IMG/VR virus record: IMGVR_UViG_3300045988_079557
Source of the DNA: a virus
Strand: one strand, 5' to 3'
DNA: 40,305 nucleotides
Position 1 is the first letter of the stretch. Every line of letters starts with the position of its first letter. Positions 7,668-17,978 of the stretch are shown here, piece after piece. Made by a program: the position numbers and the translations under genes. The notes beneath the pieces were generated by a model, which was given only the letters and a program-made list of their open reading frames with translations, did not search any database and was not told the origin of the DNA.

Positions 7668-9970
7668 GTTGTACCTCCTACTTCACTCAGCTTCACGATA
7701 TACTCTTCCTCGCTTGGAACTGGTATGCGATAGCTGTCGTTGCTGCTTTTGAATGTCACTGAACCACCTGCTTCGACCTCGATGTTCCGCAGGAAGTCAT
7801 CATCAATCAGGTTTGAAATATCCGTGACGATAGGTGTATCTAACGCTTTGACCTCCGTTCCGTCAACAGCGTTATTCTGCGTATAGGTCTTAGCCTCGTA
7901 GTCTACCACGTTCCCCTCAACGCCATAGCCAGGCAGATTGCGGATTGCCTCTGGAATTTGGTAGGCGGTCTGATAGAATGGAGAATAATTGGTAGCGGTA
8001 TCACCATTTTCTAGCTGAACGTCATAGATCATGCCCGCTATGGTGCACAGTGACACAAAATCAGTGTCGGCTACGAACGTAACTACTGCCTGATATTCTG
8101 TGTTTGCCGCATAACCTACTTCCGACTTTATCAGCGAACTATCATGTGCGTATGATGTGTTTTTCCCTTTTTGCAGTGACCACCGCAAACCGTCTTGATT
8201 AGCTGCATTTGACTTTACTTTGAATGACAGCGTATACTTATTTTCAGCAATAGTCGGAATATTTAGGGCAGTTGTCGTCAACCTCTCTGTGTAAATAACA
8301 CCATTTTCAACCTTGTTTACATTCGCTCCATGATAGGTTTTGTCAGTATAGTCAAACAAATTCTTCCCCTGCTCCACGACCTCTTCCGTGCCTGCACTAA
8401 CAATCTCACCAACATTGTAAGGATAGTAATTATTAGGGAATATAGCTTCGAACTCTTCAACAGTGCTAGGCTCATTTCCCGAGCCGAACATAGCGGTGAG
8501 GTCATAAATCTGTGGGTAGACTACCAAATTATTAACAGTTGCTCCTGACTTAACCATCAGCGGAACTATATATACACGGGTGTCTACATTAATGGGTGCT
8601 ATTACGCCACTTCCGTAGTTGGTGTCCATCACAACGTTACTCCCCGTGATATATGAACGATATGTCTCTGCTGAACCACCTTTAGGACAGGATTTTTCCA
8701 GATATACATGACCTTTAATTGGAACAAAGCTATCTGAAAAATAGGCATCTCCACCAGTTGCAGTGCCGTTTGCTACAAACTTGTAACCATCAACCCTTGT
8801 AATTGTAACACCATTCACTGTATAGCTTGGACGAAAATTGTTAGGGTTAACAATCTGATTAAACACCAAGTTCCTACCACCTATCGACTTAACCGACATC
8901 AGCTTTGCCCCAGTCGGCACTGTCTTTGCATATGCCGTATCTGTGTCCGTTTCAAACCTATGTGTCACACCCTGACCTATATCATATAACGCATTTACCC
9001 TACGTTGCAGTTCTTTGTCCGTTAACTTTACAGCAGAAATTTCAACAGTATTCTCAGCGATTTTTCCGACAGCTGTCACATAATCTTCTGGCAGGCTGTC
9101 AGCTATGGATTGTGCTGTCTGTGCGGCAGTCTCTGCGGCTGTTCTGTCTTCTGCTACCTTAGCGGCATTGTCTGCCACTGTAGTTTTGTCGGCTGTCACC
9201 TGTTCTGCCAATGTCTGCACCGCCTGTCTATCTGCCGTAGTGCTGTCAGCGCAGGTCTTGGCAGTTTTAGCATAGCCTGCTGTTATGGTCTTATCAGCCT
9301 CAGTCTGCTGTGCTGACGTTGACGCCTGGGCTGCGGATACCTTAGCATTATTCTGTGCTGTGACCGCCTCAGCACGTGCGGTTTCGGCACCCTGCATGGC
9401 GGTGCCTGCCTGTGTTGCGGACATTTCAGCCGCTGTCTTTGCGGTTTCCGCACGGCTTGCCGCCTGCGTTGCCGTATCGGCTGATTTCTCTGCGGCTGTG
9501 GCAGATTTTTTTGCGTTTTCTGCCGCTGTAGTAGCCGTTTCTGCGGCGGTGACGGCTTTCTGCATATCTGCGTGCGCCTGTCTGCCTATGGCATCTATAC
9601 GGTCTAGTGCGTCTATCGCCACATCAGGTGACGGTACTGCATTATCGCCGATAGCCGCACCTATTCTCAGGCGGAATATGCGTGATTTTTTCACCAATAT
9701 GTATTCGTTACCTGACAGCTTCTTTGCACATATCTGACACGAAACTGTCTGCGCTGAACGCAGTATGTCTGCTGTAGGTGTCCATGTGCCGCCTGTGATA
9801 TCGACCTCATACTGAACGCCATCACCATAGTCTATCTTCAGCACATAGCGGTCTGCACCGTCTACTGTCAGACCTTCGACAGACACGGGTCTGGCGTTTG
9901 TTTCACCGACGTAGCCCAAAAGGGCTGTTGACGTCATTGCGTTGTAATTTTCGTCCAATCTGATTACCAT
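7664..9970 (-). CDS. Tail fibre / receptor-binding protein
   Basis: 768 aa, located after the Tal gene. It has a long Ala/Thr/Gln-rich coiled-coil segment (AAETATTAAENAKKSATAAEKSADTATQAASRAETAKTAAE...) and a beta-rich C-terminal half. Confidence 0.7.
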   Translation of the reverse strand: MVIRLDENYNAMTSTALLGYVGETNARPVSVEGLTVDGADRYVLKIDYGDGVQYEVDITGGTWTPTADILRSAQTVSCQICAKKLSGNEYILVKKSRIFRLRIGAAIGDNAVPSPDVAIDALDRIDAIGRQAHADMQKAVTAAETATTAAENAKKSATAAEKSADTATQAASRAETAKTAAEMSATQAGTAMQGAETARAEAVTAQNNAKVSAAQASTSAQQTEADKTITAGYAKTAKTCADSTTADRQAVQTLAEQVTADKTTVADNAAKVAEDRTAAETAAQTAQSIADSLPEDYVTAVGKIAENTVEISAVKLTDKELQRRVNALYDIGQGVTHRFETDTDTAYAKTVPTGAKLMSVKSIGGRNLVFNQIVNPNNFRPSYTVNGVTITRVDGYKFVANGTATGGDAYFSDSFVPIKGHVYLEKSCPKGGSAETYRSYITGSNVVMDTNYGSGVIAPINVDTRVYIVPLMVKSGATVNNLVVYPQIYDLTAMFGSGNEPSTVEEFEAIFPNNYYPYNVGEIVSAGTEEVVEQGKNLFDYTDKTYHGANVNKVENGVIYTERLTTTALNIPTIAENKYTLSFKVKSNAANQDGLRWSLQKGKNTSYAHDSSLIKSEVGYAANTEYQAVVTFVADTDFVSLCTIAGMIYDVQLENGDTATNYSPFYQTAYQIPEAIRNLPGYGVEGNVVDYEAKTYTQNNAVDGTEVKALDTPIVTDISNLIDDDFLRNIEVEAGGSVTFKSSNDSYRIPVPSEEEYIVKLSEVGGTT

Positions 9971-9984
9971 TTCTGCGCCCCCCT

Positions 9985-10383
9985 TTATACGATTGCTATG
10001 TAGTCAATGCTATACGTTCCTGCAGGCACGTTGACAGTCACTGCGCCATTGCTAGGACCCATGCAGATTACTGCGAAATATGCGCCCTTGTATACCTGCA
10101 CATGGGTGCAATAGTTCTGAAATGGACTAGGCGTGCCGATATCCCTCAGTGACACGCATATCTGCTTTGGCGTAAAATCCAAATTCAGCGGTATTTGCAC
10201 GCTTGAAGCTGCCTTTTTCAGTGTGTATTCAATCGTGCCGCTTTTTATTTTATTCTGGTTTAGGTCATTTACTGCCTGTTCTGTTGCCGTCAGTGCGTCC
10301 ACCAACGCCTGACGGACATCACGCCCGTAAAATGCGTTTCGGACAGTTTCGATTGCTGCCGCCAAATCAATATTATTTGCCAT
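9985..10383 (-). CDS. Tail-associated hypothetical protein
   Basis: ORF track, with an AGGAGGG RBS. It lies between Tal and the tail fibre. Confidence 0.5.
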   Translation of the reverse strand: MANNIDLAAAIETVRNAFYGRDVRQALVDALTATEQAVNDLNQNKIKSGTIEYTLKKAASSVQIPLNLDFTPKQICVSLRDIGTPSPFQNYCTHVQVYKGAYFAVICMGPSNGAVTVNVPAGTYSIDYIAIV

Positions 10384-10393
10384 TTTATCCCTC

Positions 10394-12268
10394 CTAGTCT
10401 AGTGTGTGGTTTTTTGTAGTGATACTGTTGCACATGATATCACCTGTTTTGCCGTAGCACTGCACTGCGGTTTTTTCATTTTCGTTGTATAGGTACATCG
10501 CCCTGTTATTGGTATCAACTGTAAATACCTTTTTGCCGCTGTCTGTATATGTTGATATGTTACCGCTGTTTGTGTCTAGTGAAAATTTTAATTCGTTATT
10601 CCAATAGCCTGACATAGCGCCAGCCTGCAGGACGATATGACCACCGATTGTGCTGTTGTCAATGCGTATCTCCAGCGGACTGACCTTCAATGTCCATTCG
10701 TTATGGGATAGCTGGATAACACTGGTATTTTGACTAGACGTTTTTATATTTATCGTTCCACCTGTGATAGTTGCTGATTTTGACGACAGCCTATTGGCAA
10801 TAACTGTTCCGTCCTCAGATACCGAAAAGGTACCTGAGCCGTTATTTATTTTCAACCCTGTCAGGGTCAAAGCGGTTATAAAACTAGCCACCAGATTTCC
10901 GTCGATAGTCCACGCATTTGTGTACGGTCCGTCTTTTGCAGAACCGCCGTCCGATGATTTCCAAAAACCTAGTCCGTTTTTGTTTAGTTGGATGCAGGAT
11001 TTGCAGGTATTTATATCAGCCGTATCCATAATCAAAATGCGTTCTGGCTTTTCGGAAGGGTCAAGAATGACATGACCGCCCTCAGCACCTGTTATCAACT
11101 TTGTGGCATTTTCGATTTTGCTGTCTATGACCTGACGATTTCTGAATTCACTATCATCAATCGCTGTCTGCAGACTCTTGGTTTTGGCTGTCATGAACCC
11201 TGTCATGGTTTCAAATTTGTCACCGAATGTCAATTCGGATTGTTCAGGGTTGTCAAGGTTTATAGTAATACCGATTATGCGTAAATCTTCGTCAATTTCC
11301 ATAAGAGGGTTGACCACACGATACCAGCACCCCAGCTCAAACTGTTCAAAATTCATATCAATTGTTGACAAATCGACCGCAGTTATTTTATACTGCTTTT
11401 TGGCTTTGTTTGCGCTTTTCAGGTATGCTGTGGCTTTTGTCTTCAAAATTGATGCCTGTGTCACATCGTCCCACGTTTGTGTGCCACTGATTACGCCATA
11501 CTTAGCAACCAACGCACTATCTTCAATATAGTCTTTGCCGCCGTTTACGCTGCCGATAGTCAACCGCTTTTCGCTGTCTGTAAGCTTTGTGCCGAGAGGA
11601 TAAAGACGTGTTATGACCGCCGTTTCATCCACTTCTCGTGATATGGTTTTAAGGTTGACCGCAAGCTCTATGGTGGTGTCAGTGCCGTGTCCGATATGTT
11701 CCAGATAGTCTATATACACCTTTCCGTCTTTATCACGAAGTTGTATCTCACCACCGAATTTTCCTATAAGCTTGTCGGCGATAACGTCCATTGTCTTGTC
11801 CCAATTTGCAGTATATGTGTAGTTGTTGCTTGCCGTAACAGTGACCTGTCCCAGCTCTATACGCTTATCTGCACCCACCTGTGCATTGTGTTTGGAGAGG
11901 AACGAAGAAAGTACTGTTGATATACCTACCATTTTGTATTCAACATACGGCTGAACGCTGTCATATAGCCAGCCTAAACGCCCCTCGCAGGTAACAGATT
12001 TACAAATCAGCCCTTGTTCGTCCATGCTGTCAGGACATTTCAGCACACGACCGATAAAAATATCTTTGCCTGTGCTATCGTCTGTGACAGTGACCGATGT
12101 TGTCAGCGGTTTCAGTTTGTCATATCCTGCATTGTCTGGGTATATAGTAAACGTGAAACTGTCAACGGCATTGACAGCCTTGACGATTTTTCCGCCCGAA
12201 ATGCGGTCAAGGTTATCACTATGTATCGTGGTTTTTTCAGTACCATTTGTGATAGTGACAGTGTGCAT
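10394..12268 (-). CDS. Tail-associated lysin-like / phage minor structural protein (Tal, prophage tail endopeptidase family)
   Basis: 624 aa, directly after Dit. The N-terminus resembles the phage minor structural protein N-terminal region. Confidence 0.7.
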   Translation of the reverse strand: MHTVTITNGTEKTTIHSDNLDRISGGKIVKAVNAVDSFTFTIYPDNAGYDKLKPLTTSVTVTDDSTGKDIFIGRVLKCPDSMDEQGLICKSVTCEGRLGWLYDSVQPYVEYKMVGISTVLSSFLSKHNAQVGADKRIELGQVTVTASNNYTYTANWDKTMDVIADKLIGKFGGEIQLRDKDGKVYIDYLEHIGHGTDTTIELAVNLKTISREVDETAVITRLYPLGTKLTDSEKRLTIGSVNGGKDYIEDSALVAKYGVISGTQTWDDVTQASILKTKATAYLKSANKAKKQYKITAVDLSTIDMNFEQFELGCWYRVVNPLMEIDEDLRIIGITINLDNPEQSELTFGDKFETMTGFMTAKTKSLQTAIDDSEFRNRQVIDSKIENATKLITGAEGGHVILDPSEKPERILIMDTADINTCKSCIQLNKNGLGFWKSSDGGSAKDGPYTNAWTIDGNLVASFITALTLTGLKINNGSGTFSVSEDGTVIANRLSSKSATITGGTINIKTSSQNTSVIQLSHNEWTLKVSPLEIRIDNSTIGGHIVLQAGAMSGYWNNELKFSLDTNSGNISTYTDSGKKVFTVDTNNRAMYLYNENEKTAVQCYGKTGDIMCNSITTKNHTLD

Positions 12269-13027
12269 TTATAACACCTCCTCATGCAGATCCAGTGTGA
12301 GCGACCCGAAGCCATACGCTGACAAAGTGTTCACGCCAGGCTGTAAAATCAGTTCGTCCATATCGAATGGTTTTTCTGTCGGTCTGTATACCTTTTCGGA
12401 TATATCAACGTTGTTATTTTGAAAATACGTGAATCCCACTTTGTCGGTATCATCAGCAGACCGCCTATATATCAGACGTGGTTTTATCGGCACGTCCGAA
12501 TACAAAAAGATTTTTAAGGTTGCAGGAGGGGCGTATCGTGTCTGCTTAACCGCTGTCAATGTCATATCTGTCAAATTCAGATAGTCATTTTCAAAACTGA
12601 AATCGTCAAAGCCCTTGTCTGAAAAATCGTCAGATATCTTATACGGCTGTGCTTTGAACGTTGCCGTTACCTCAACATGATATCCCTTTTCACTTTCGGT
12701 GCAACTGATTGCTCTTGCCCTATAGTGGTAAATTTCAGCGTCATCATATAGGTCACATTCTCCAGCCGACAAAATCCAGTTTTCAAAATCTGCCACTGCT
12801 TTTCGCAGGGCGGTTTTCGGACAGTCCATAAATACAAATTTGTATGTCAGTGTTCGTGTATCATAGGTAGGTTTACCGCCATTCTGATATGTGAAACATA
12901 TGTCGCCATTGCGGTATGGTATAGTAGCCGATATATCCCTGATACTTGGTGGCGGTGTACTGCGTGATGTCAGCAACGCCCCGAAATCGGTATAGGAATT
13001 TTTGCCATTTATCGTTATACTAGACAT
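12269..13027 (-). CDS. Distal tail protein (Dit, siphovirus tail component family)
   Basis: 252 aa, immediately downstream of the tape measure gene and overlapping it by 8 nt. Confidence 0.7.
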   Translation of the reverse strand: MSSITINGKNSYTDFGALLTSRSTPPPSIRDISATIPYRNGDICFTYQNGGKPTYDTRTLTYKFVFMDCPKTALRKAVADFENWILSAGECDLYDDAEIYHYRARAISCTESEKGYHVEVTATFKAQPYKISDDFSDKGFDDFSFENDYLNLTDMTLTAVKQTRYAPPATLKIFLYSDVPIKPRLIYRRSADDTDKVGFTYFQNNNVDISEKVYRPTEKPFDMDELILQPGVNTLSAYGFGSLTLDLHEEVL

Positions 13028-15413
13028 TGTCCGCCACCCTCCTAGCGTTCAGATTGATTTTTTCAGCCATAGCAACGTCCATGTATGGCGCTGTCACTGT
13101 GGCAAAACGTTTTCCGTCAATGTTCATAACTACTGTCAGATCACCGCTCTTGCCGTGCTGTGTGGTGCTGTCGGTTTCGGTTGATATTTTGTCAGCCGTT
13201 TTCCGAACGTTCTGCCTGCCTATCATGACAGGATCCATTTCAGCCGATACACCTGCAACGCTGTCAACGATAGCCTGTGCCTCGTTCACTGGTTCGTCTG
13301 CTGTATCTTCCATGCCGACCGCAATACCTGACGGCAGATACTGACCGACCTTTTTCGCCATAACCCTTGAAGGGGAATGAATGTCGAAGAAATCGCAAAA
13401 TCCGTCTATAATGGCACTGCTCACGTCTTTCACTACGCTCCAAATTCCGCTGACAGCAGAAACCAAGCCGTTCAAAATGCCTTTGAGGATATTTGCGCCT
13501 AAATCTTTCCAATCAACATCTTTGAAGCCGTCTATAATAGCACTGATTATTTCAGGCAATGCGTCGATAAGGTCAGGCAGAGCCTGTGGCAAGCCCTGTG
13601 CTAATGCGACTATCAATTCCATACCTGCTTTGACCAGCGCAGGCAGATTTTCTGTCAACGAATCTGTTATAACAGGTATCAACGCTATTATTGCGTCGAT
13701 TAAATCAGGTGTGCACTTGGTCAGACCTGTTATCAATCCTGTTAGTAATTGGAAACCGCCCTCAATGATTGCAGGCTGATTTTCAATCAGCATGTCGGTT
13801 ATTTGTTTTATCAAACTAGGTAACATCGGCATCAACTGTTCGATAACATCATTTAGTCCGTCAATCAATCCCAAAAACAGTGTGATTGCACCCTGCACCA
13901 GTTCAGGCACTAGCGTCGGGATAGTTGAGACCAACGCATTTATCAATCCAAAAAAGCCGTTAAGCAATGACGGCAAAATCGAGTTGATTAGTGACGGCGC
14001 TGATTGTGCTAGTGATTGAATGATAGATGTTAAAACTGTAGTTGCCGCCGTGATTAGTGTAGGTGCGTTTTCGGCAAGCGTTTCTGACGCAGAACTGAAC
14101 AGCCCAGATATAACAACAGGAATTTGTTCGGTCAAGCCGTCAAGGCCACCACTGTCATATGCGTCTAGCAAACTAGAAACGCCGTCAAACAGTTGGGTAA
14201 AACCGCCTGACAATTTCTGAACCGCTGGCAACGATTTTGTCAGAAAATCTGCCGCCATTCCCTTTGCACCTGCCATAACAGGTGTGAACGCAGTTCCCAA
14301 AGACGCAAGGGCGTCCTGCAATTCAAAACTAGCACGTTCATAGTCCAGCGTTGATTTATTGGCTGATTGGTATTCGTCATTGATTTCCGACAGACCCGAA
14401 TTTGCCAGCCAATCAAGGGCATACTGCTGACGTTCTGCTTCTGACGTGCAATTCTGTAGACCCGCATTAAAATCATCAACGCTATCACCCATACGCCCGA
14501 TAAGCTCTGAAAACTGACCTGTCGCAGCACCTGTGGCAAGGGTTTCCTGCAAACTGTCCGAAAGGCTCTCAATTTTCAAAGTGTCAGGAAATTTTTCAAC
14601 CGCTCCGCTGAGTGCGTTTATAGCAGGCGTCATTTGTTCATCGCTGAAGCCGACAGCCATAAGGTTTGATAACGCTTCAATACTGGAATCGGATTCGCCT
14701 GTGATAGCCACCAAATCTTGCATTTTTGATTTCATAAAATCAAAATTGTTGCCGCTGGTTTCGGCGTTTGTTTTCAATTTGGTCATATCACTGTTCCATT
14801 CACGGCTAGTTTCGACGTTTGCCGCAAGTGCCGTTGTTACAGCTGCAAGACCAACACCTATGGTCTGTGTGTATTTCTTGAACCCGTCAGCCGCCTTGCC
14901 TATCATGGCCGTGTCTATCTTGCCCAGCGTTGCCGTGAACTTTACGGCTTTGCTTGTCGCACCACCTATGACAGAACCGACTTTTTCAACTTTCTTTATG
15001 ACAGGTTCGACCTTGTCTTTGGCTTCTTTGAATGCCGTGCCGATGACGTGAATATTTTTCTTCTCGTCTTTCAGGCTCGACAGCTTCGACTTTGTCGTTT
15101 CCAACTCTCGCTGAAACGCACGATACTGTCCTGCGTCTATCTCGCCTTTTTTATACTGTGCCGTGACCTGCGATTGTGCTTCTTTCAGCACGTCCAGTTT
15201 TGATTTTGTCTCTTTGATACTGTCTTTCAGCAGGTCTTGCTTTTGCTTGACCAGTGTGACGTTATTTGGGTCTAGTTTCAGGGCTTTATCGACCGCTTTC
15301 AACTCGCTCTCCAGCTCACGGCTCTTTTTGTTTGTTTCTTTCAGTGCCTTGTCAAGGCCTGTGGTGTCGCCGCCTATCTTGATAGTAATGCCCTTTATGC
15401 TACTTTTTGCCAC
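13020..15413 (-). CDS. Tail tape measure protein
   Basis: 797 aa. It has an N-terminal coiled coil (GDTTGLDKALKETNKKSRELESELKAVDKALKLDPNN) and a long hydrophobic helical repeat region. It follows the G/G-T chaperones. Confidence 0.85.
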   Translation of the reverse strand: MAKSSIKGITIKIGGDTTGLDKALKETNKKSRELESELKAVDKALKLDPNNVTLVKQKQDLLKDSIKETKSKLDVLKEAQSQVTAQYKKGEIDAGQYRAFQRELETTKSKLSSLKDEKKNIHVIGTAFKEAKDKVEPVIKKVEKVGSVIGGATSKAVKFTATLGKIDTAMIGKAADGFKKYTQTIGVGLAAVTTALAANVETSREWNSDMTKLKTNAETSGNNFDFMKSKMQDLVAITGESDSSIEALSNLMAVGFSDEQMTPAINALSGAVEKFPDTLKIESLSDSLQETLATGAATGQFSELIGRMGDSVDDFNAGLQNCTSEAERQQYALDWLANSGLSEINDEYQSANKSTLDYERASFELQDALASLGTAFTPVMAGAKGMAADFLTKSLPAVQKLSGGFTQLFDGVSSLLDAYDSGGLDGLTEQIPVVISGLFSSASETLAENAPTLITAATTVLTSIIQSLAQSAPSLINSILPSLLNGFFGLINALVSTIPTLVPELVQGAITLFLGLIDGLNDVIEQLMPMLPSLIKQITDMLIENQPAIIEGGFQLLTGLITGLTKCTPDLIDAIIALIPVITDSLTENLPALVKAGMELIVALAQGLPQALPDLIDALPEIISAIIDGFKDVDWKDLGANILKGILNGLVSAVSGIWSVVKDVSSAIIDGFCDFFDIHSPSRVMAKKVGQYLPSGIAVGMEDTADEPVNEAQAIVDSVAGVSAEMDPVMIGRQNVRKTADKISTETDSTTQHGKSGDLTVVMNIDGKRFATVTAPYMDVAMAEKINLNARRVADNV

Positions 15414-16004
15414 CTATCATTACCCCCTTTCCAAAATTTTCTCGCAAAGCCTGTCTGTCAGGCTTCGTTAAGGTCAGCCTATATGCGTTGTTAAGATATT
15501 CCTGACCGCTCTCACTCTGCCTGAGCCGTGCAATAAATGCGTCACGGCGTATCAGCAGATAGTCATAGTAGTCCATATCATCAACATCATATAGGGATAT
15601 ACCCATATAGTCCGCAACTAACTTTTCCCACGTTGAGGAAATTTCATATTTCTCCCCCTCCCTATCCTGCGGTGGATAGTAGGGGAGTGCTAGTTTTTTG
15701 CGTTTTTGATTTCCAGCAGATAGTCGATATATGTGCGGTAGAATGTTTGAATGTCGTATATGTCCCAATCAGCCAGTGTTTCAGCCGTTATCGGTATTTT
15801 TGCGATATTATGTGACATCAGTTTTGCGCACATTTCGATTGCTTCGTCTAGCTTGTTGCCGCCTAGCTTTGCGGATATTTCCCCGAACGCTTCAATCTCG
15901 CCCTTTGTGGGTGGCATAACAAATATCGTGGTATGCTTTTCGTCAGCCAGCTCAATGCGCAGGCTAGGTTTTTGCATTTTGCTAAAATTCAACGTCTTTG
16001 GCAT
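15400..16004 (-). CDS. Tail assembly chaperone G-T fusion made by a -1 programmed frameshift
   Basis: The -1 frame ORF 15400..15768 overlaps the 3' end of G. A_AAA_AAC lies directly before the G stop. The shifted frame reads ...KK LALPYYPPQ... Confidence 0.7.
15690..16004 (-). CDS. Tail assembly chaperone G
   Basis: 104 aa, between the major tail protein and tape measure genes. It ends at a slippery heptamer. Confidence 0.75.
   Translation of the reverse strand: MPKTLNFSKMQKPSLRIELADEKHTTIFVMPPTKGEIEAFGEISAKLGGNKLDEAIEMCAKLMSHNIAKIPITAETLADWDIYDIQTFYRTYIDYLLEIKNAKN
15693..15699 (-). promoter_or_regulatory. -1 programmed ribosomal frameshift slippery heptamer A_AAA_AAC
   Basis: The zero frame reads GCA AAA AAC TAG. 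The heptamer fits the X_XXY_YYZ rule and lies inside the G/T overlap. Confidence 0.7.
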
Positions 16005-16017
16005 TTTTTACACCTCC

Positions 16018-16051
16018 AAAAAAACAGCCCACTGAAAATCTCAGCAGGCTG
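16018..16051 (-). terminator. Terminator/attenuator hairpin after the major tail protein gene
   Basis: The minus strand reads cagcctgctga-gattt-tcagtgggctg followed by T7. Confidence 0.6.
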
Positions 16052-16065
16052 TGTATTTGTGTTGC

Positions 16066-16635
16066 TTATGTAGCGCTTATCGACTTGTCTTCTTCGATGT
16101 AGGTAATCAGCGTTCCGTCGCTGTCGCTTGGCAGTGCTTTGAACTCTGCGTCGATAACGCTTTCCTTATCCTTTGCAAATGCCAGCTCAATGCCGCTCTG
16201 ATTGTTGCCCACGATCATGACCCATATATCTCCGTCAACTGCGTCAACGTGGTGGAAACACAGGACATACCTCTTGCGACGCATATTCTTTAGACCGCCT
16301 ATCTTGACAGTTCTACGTTTCTTGCTGGTATCTTCTGTAACTCTTGCGGTATCGCAGAGAACATCAAGCGTGTTGCCGTTGAATACCATGATACCAGTTT
16401 TCAGTGTAGCTTCTTCCTCTGTGATGATTGTCTTCTGGTGTGTACCATCATCATCACTTGCGGTATAGAATGTAGGTTTATATGACAGGGTTGCACCGCC
16501 CTGGATATAGCCCAAAACATTGGCTTCCGTGCAGATAGTATCAACATCTGGCACTGTTTCACCGCTGAAATCCTGATAGTAGATATAGCCACTTCCCAAG
16601 ATGATGTTGCTTGGGGCTTTCTTTGTCTCAGCCAT
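16066..16635 (-). CDS. Major tail protein
   Basis: 189 aa, upstream of the chaperone genes. The following terminator is consistent with high expression. Confidence 0.75.
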   Translation of the reverse strand: MAETKKAPSNIILGSGYIYYQDFSGETVPDVDTICTEANVLGYIQGGATLSYKPTFYTASDDDGTHQKTIITEEEATLKTGIMVFNGNTLDVLCDTARVTEDTSKKRRTVKIGGLKNMRRKRYVLCFHHVDAVDGDIWVMIVGNNQSGIELAFAKDKESVIDAEFKALPSDSDGTLITYIEEDKSISAT

Positions 16636-16647
16636 TTCAATCCCTCC

Positions 16648-16980
16648 TTATTTCAAATAATTGGTAAATGAATATCTTATCTGATACTCCTTGCTGTCTT
16701 CTATCCAGCTTTCAGACTTTTCCAAATCAAAATCTGCAAACTGCTTTTCGACAGCCGTTTCTAAATTAACGTCGATTTTCCTTGTATACAATTCAATGAC
16801 TATCGTCTGCTCTCGCAGGCTTGCGGGGTGCATATCGTCTCCGCTGTCTATGGTGCTTTCACGATAGAACACGCAGTATGGCGTTTTCATTTCATCACGT
16901 GATGAATAGTATGCGACTTTGTCTTTCAGTTCGTCGATAGCCGTTAATCGTGAACGTATGTCAGCCAATGTCAAATTCAT
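16648..16980 (-). CDS. Putative tail terminator / neck protein
   Basis: 110 aa. Assigned by position, between the gp10-like and major tail protein genes. Confidence 0.45.
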   Translation of the reverse strand: MNLTLADIRSRLTAIDELKDKVAYYSSRDEMKTPYCVFYRESTIDSGDDMHPASLREQTIVIELYTRKIDVNLETAVEKQFADFDLEKSESWIEDSKEYQIRYSFTNYLK

Positions 16981-17366
16981 TTCTTCAACCTCGTTTCTAT
17001 CAACTCAGGCAGTGCTTTTTGTGCATACTCCTCAACAGGTTTAATATGCACAAATGCTTTTACTCTGCCCTTGCCGCCTTTTTTTGCGTGACCATGCTCC
17101 AACAGATGTGTCAGGTAGTAGTATTTTTTGTTTCGCACAACAACACGTTTGTTGCCCGACTTAGCGTATACTGTTTCGGCTTTCCAGCTTTCGGCATACT
17201 TGCCTGTTCGGCGTGGTGATGTGGTTTTCAGCTTTTCGACACACTGGTCTGCAACCTCGTCGATACAGCCGTCAACTATCTTTGCGGTTTCTTCACTATA
17301 TTCTTTCAGGTCATCAGCGACCTGTTTTGCCAGTTTACTGACATCAATTTCAACCGATTTCATCAA
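16977..17366 (-). CDS. HK97 gp10-family tail/neck component
   Basis: 'SPRRTGKYAESWK ... YYYLTHLLEHGH' resembles the HK97 gp10-family pattern. Confidence 0.65.
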   Translation of the reverse strand: MMKSVEIDVSKLAKQVADDLKEYSEETAKIVDGCIDEVADQCVEKLKTTSPRRTGKYAESWKAETVYAKSGNKRVVVRNKKYYYLTHLLEHGHAKKGGKGRVKAFVHIKPVEEYAQKALPELIETRLKK

Positions 17367-17674
17367 CTATCACCGCCAAAACGTTCAGCCGTCAGTTCAA
17401 TGGCTGTTCCTGCGACATATGTGCGTATGATACGATATTCCCGACCGTTATAGAATAACATATCCTCGTCATCATAGTCATAGTAATCTGCCATTTTGAT
17501 TTTCAACGTAGGTTGAAACCCTGCCTGTGCGGCACTGTAAAATTCAGAACGTGAAATTGATGATACCTGGCAGAACACTTCTTTGGCATTCTCCCAGTCA
17601 ACGACCTTTTCTTGATTTCCTATTTCGTCTGAAACTATCTTCGCTTTGGCAATTTTTACAACATCATTAAACAT
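17363..17674 (-). CDS. Head closure / head-tail adaptor protein
   Basis: 103 aa. Assigned by position and a pattern typical of phage head-closure proteins. Confidence 0.6.
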   Translation of the reverse strand: MFNDVVKIAKAKIVSDEIGNQEKVVDWENAKEVFCQVSSISRSEFYSAAQAGFQPTLKIKMADYYDYDDEDMLFYNGREYRIIRTYVAGTAIELTAERFGGDS

Positions 17675-17676
17675 TG

Positions 17677-17952
17677 TTAAATCCCCTCCGTGTAGTCTTC
17701 GTTCAGGCTTAGTGCGTCTCGCAGACGCTCGTAGTTTTTGCGGAAATCCTCACCTTTGCCGTTGAAATCATACTGCCATTTGACATAGTTTTCGATAGCC
17801 TTTTTTAGAATCGCACTGCAATCGTCAGCGTCAAAGGGAAGGAACACGCCCACACGCTTCAAATCTTCCATGCAGGCGTCAACGTTTGACATAATGTCGC
17901 TATCTAGCTTGTTATGCGATATCCTCAACGAATTTTTCAAACTTTCTAGCAT
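17677..17952 (-). CDS. Head-tail connector protein (gp6-like)
   Basis: 91 aa, immediately after the capsid gene. The N-terminus is typical ('LKNSLRISHNKLDSDI'). Confidence 0.6.
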   Translation of the reverse strand: MLESLKNSLRISHNKLDSDIMSNVDACMEDLKRVGVFLPFDADDCSAILKKAIENYVKWQYDFNGKGEDFRKNYERLRDALSLNEDYTEGI

Positions 17953-17978
17953 TCGTTATGCCCCCTTTATCATCATGA

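Noticed and set aside
9285-9737. 150-aa plus-strand Ala/Cys-rich ORF, plus neighbours 8905-9162 and 9110-9316
   Set aside because: These are shadow ORFs antisense to the GC-rich Ala/Thr-repeat part of the tail-fibre gene. They have no RBS and conflict with the operon direction.
13027-15471. Series of plus-strand ORFs (for example 13381-13779 and 14533-15051) opposite the tape measure gene
   Set aside because: They are antisense shadows of a long, codon-biased gene. The products are low-complexity and hydrophobic, and they lack translation signals.
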